NCBI RefSeq assembly: GCF_963921235.1
Contig: NC_086101.1
Location: 28,892,001-28,956,000 of the forward strand
DNA length: 64,000 nucleotides
Origin: Mobula hypostoma
Taxonomy: Eukaryota
Direction of reading: 5' to 3'
Positions within the stretch are counted from its first letter, which is position 1, and each line of letters starts with the position of its first letter. A program made the translations under genes and the position numbers. The notes beneath the pieces are model-generated. The model worked only from the letters and a program-made list of their open reading frames with translations, did not search any database and had not been told where the DNA came from. Below are positions 61,791 through 64,000 of this stretch, piece after piece.

Positions 61791-62879
61791 GAAGTGGGAA
61801 AGTGAGCACATTCTTGAAGAGCCTGCAAGCATGGTCAGGCTCTGACCACACTGGCTAAAGCCAGATCACTAGAGTTGGCTCACAAACTCAACTGTGAAGC
61901 TCAGCTCTAAAGTGAGGGAAGTTCGAAAATTGCTTTAAAATTGTTTTAAAATTATAGGAAACTTCCAGTCAAGTTGAAATTTCGTTAATAAGTTCATTTA
62001 TGTTTGTCGAAAAATTGGGTGTTCATACTCCAGGGAGGAGATATACAAGGTCGGAATTTGATTAATCTGATGTTTCAGCATCTGGGTCGCAGATAAGACT
62101 TCCCTTTCTCCCCGAACCTCACCGTTGCCTCAATTCCCATAGTTCGAGGTGACTCACTTGGGTCTCTACTTATGTGTTCCCTTCAAACTCTCTCCGTTAT
62201 TCTCTACTGAAATTGACAGGGTCCCCGGAACAGTACCGGAGTTCCCGTTCTCGGCCTCCCCAGAAACTTGTTAGTTTCCCGGATGCCAGGCTCCCTGGAA
62301 ATTGACCAGGCTCTTAATCCCGTGCACTCTTCCGGGGTCACGGGAACATTTATCATAACATTGCGTAAGATCTTTAAAAGAGTTGAATACGCATTGGGAT
62401 ATTACATTGGGTTACATTCAGTACTCGTGAAATTCTGATAGTCTGGTTCCTCTAAAGTCTTGAGCGCACTGGGATATCGGAGCTTCACAGGACTTAAATG
62501 CGGTCGAGATTCACCTGGGTCCCGGCCTGTGGAGTTCCTTCAGCACATTGCTTGTGCTGAGGCTGGAATTATTGGGGGTTCTTTCTTACGTTCGCGGAAC
62601 AGGCACTCCCCAGTTACAAACGCCCGACTTATGGACACTTATAAACACTCATGGAATCGTGCATTTGCCAGACCAAGGTGGATGGGAGCTTATACGGAGC
62701 TGCAGGCACCTTCTGAGGGGAGGGTACGGGGCATCTACCGTACCTGCTCTCTCCCCACCCAAAGTCACACTAATTGGGCTCTGTGTAGAGCTGAGCAGAC
62801 TCGCTCCATCTCTCACTGAGTCAACAAGGCCTGCTGGTGGGCGCACTTTATTGTTAAACGCAAACAACAGGAATTCTGC

Positions 62880-64000
62880 AGATTCTGGAAATTCAAGCAA
62901 CACACATCAAAGTTGCTGGTGAACGCAGCAGGCCATGCAGCATGTCTAGGAAGAGGTGCAGTCGACGTTTCAGGCCAAGACCCTTCGTCAGGACTAACCG
63001 AAGGAAGAGTTAGTAAGAGATTTGAAAGTTGGAGGGGGAGGGGGAGATCCAAAATGATAGAAGAAGACAGGAGGGGGAGGGATGGAGCCAAGAGCTGGAC
63101 AGGTGATAGGCAAAAGGGATACGAGAAGATCATGGGACAGGAGGTCCGGCAAGAAAGACAAGGAGGGGGGGACCCAGAGGATGGGCAAGGGACAGAGGGA
63201 GAAAAAGGAGAGTGAGAGAAAGAATGTGTGTATAAAAATAAGTAACAGATGGGGTACGAGGGGGAGGTGGGGCATTAGCAGAAGTTAGAGAAGTCGATGT
63301 TCATGCCATCAGGTTGGAGGCTACCCAGACGGAATATAAGGTGTAGTTCCTCCAACTTGAGTGTGGCTTCATCTTTACAGTAGAGGAGGCCGTGGATAGA
63401 CATGTCAAAATGGGAATGGGATGTGGAATTAAAATGTGTGGCCACTGGGAGATTCTGCTTTCTCTGGCGGACAGAGCGTAGGTGTTCAGCAAAGCGGTCT
63501 CCCAGTCTGCGTCGGGTCTCGCCAATGTATAAAAGGCCACATCGAGAGCACCGGACGCAGTATATCACCCCAGCCGACTCACAGGTGAAGTGTTGCCTTA
63601 CCTGGAAGGACTGTTTGGGGCCCTGAATGGTGGTAAGGGAGGAAGTGTAAGGGCATGTGTAGCACTTGTTCCGCTTACACGGATAATGCCAGGAGGGAGA
63701 TCAGTGTGGAGGGATGGGGGGGAGGGACGAATAGATAAGGGAGTCTCGTAGGGAGCGATCCCTGCGGAATGCAGAGAGGGGGGGGGGAGGGAAAGATGTG
63801 CTTAGTGGTGGGATCCCGTTGAATGTGGCGGAAATTGCGGAGAATAATATGTTGGACCCGGAGGCTGGTGGGGTGGTAGGTGAGGACCAGGGGAACCCTA
63901 TTCCTAGTGGGGTGGCGGGAGAATGGAGTGAGAGCAGATGTACGTGAAATGGGGGAGATGCGTTTAAGAGCAGAGTTGGTAGTGGAGGAAGGGAAGCCCC
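62880..64000 (-). mobile_element. Penelope-like element 3' part (GIY-YIG endonuclease and tail), running off the window
   Basis: ORF 63275-63568 IYCVRCSRCGLLYIGETRRRLGDRFAEH; tail with hammerhead motif. Confidence 0.9.
62959..62996 (-). ncRNA. Minimal type I hammerhead ribozyme in a Penelope-like element 3' region
   Basis: Minus strand reads UAGUC-CUGACGA-AGG(GUCUUGG)CCU-GAAAC-GUC/GACUG. All core nucleotides are intact and stem I has 5 bp. It lies downstream of the GIY-YIG ORF on the same strand. Confidence 0.75.

Noticed and set aside
62742-62810. Paralogous leader exon on the minus strand (ATGGAG...GAGCAG|GTACGG)
   Set aside because: The ATG frame hits TGA after 14 codons and would be phase 0; no downstream minus-strand MHC exons were found.
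1-64000. Prokaryotic systems (CRISPR arrays, retrons, operons), tRNA or rRNA genes
   Set aside because: The content is vertebrate repeats and a spliced gene. No repeat-spacer array or structured tRNA/rRNA was seen, and all RT ORFs are assignable to LINE, Penelope or Gypsy classes.

Overview
Vertebrate genomic DNA, most likely a cartilaginous fish (ray or shark); the taxon is inferred from the repeat repertoire only. Most of the window is decayed retroelements: many CR1 LINEs, two near full-length L1-clade LINEs with target-site duplications (TSDs), Rex/Babar LINEs, Penelope-like fragments carrying minimal hammerhead ribozymes, and one TSD-bounded Ty3/Gypsy element with a PNMA-like gag. Spread through the repeats on the + strand is a spliced, highly divergent non-classical MHC class I-like gene that the ORF track shows only in fragments: leader 8899-8974, alpha1 42863-43111, alpha2 45205-45465 (GC donor), alpha3 55069-55344, TM exon from 57624 with an in-frame TAG at 57698-57700, and a probable last exon from 57827. 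All junctions are phase 1 and join into an open 312-aa protein. It lacks most peptide-anchoring and several beta2m-contact residues, has an extra Cys pair in alpha2, and ends in a GPI-signal-like hydrophobic tail. Repeat boundaries are approximate unless a TSD is quoted. All alignments to HLA/CD1 were made by eye from memory.
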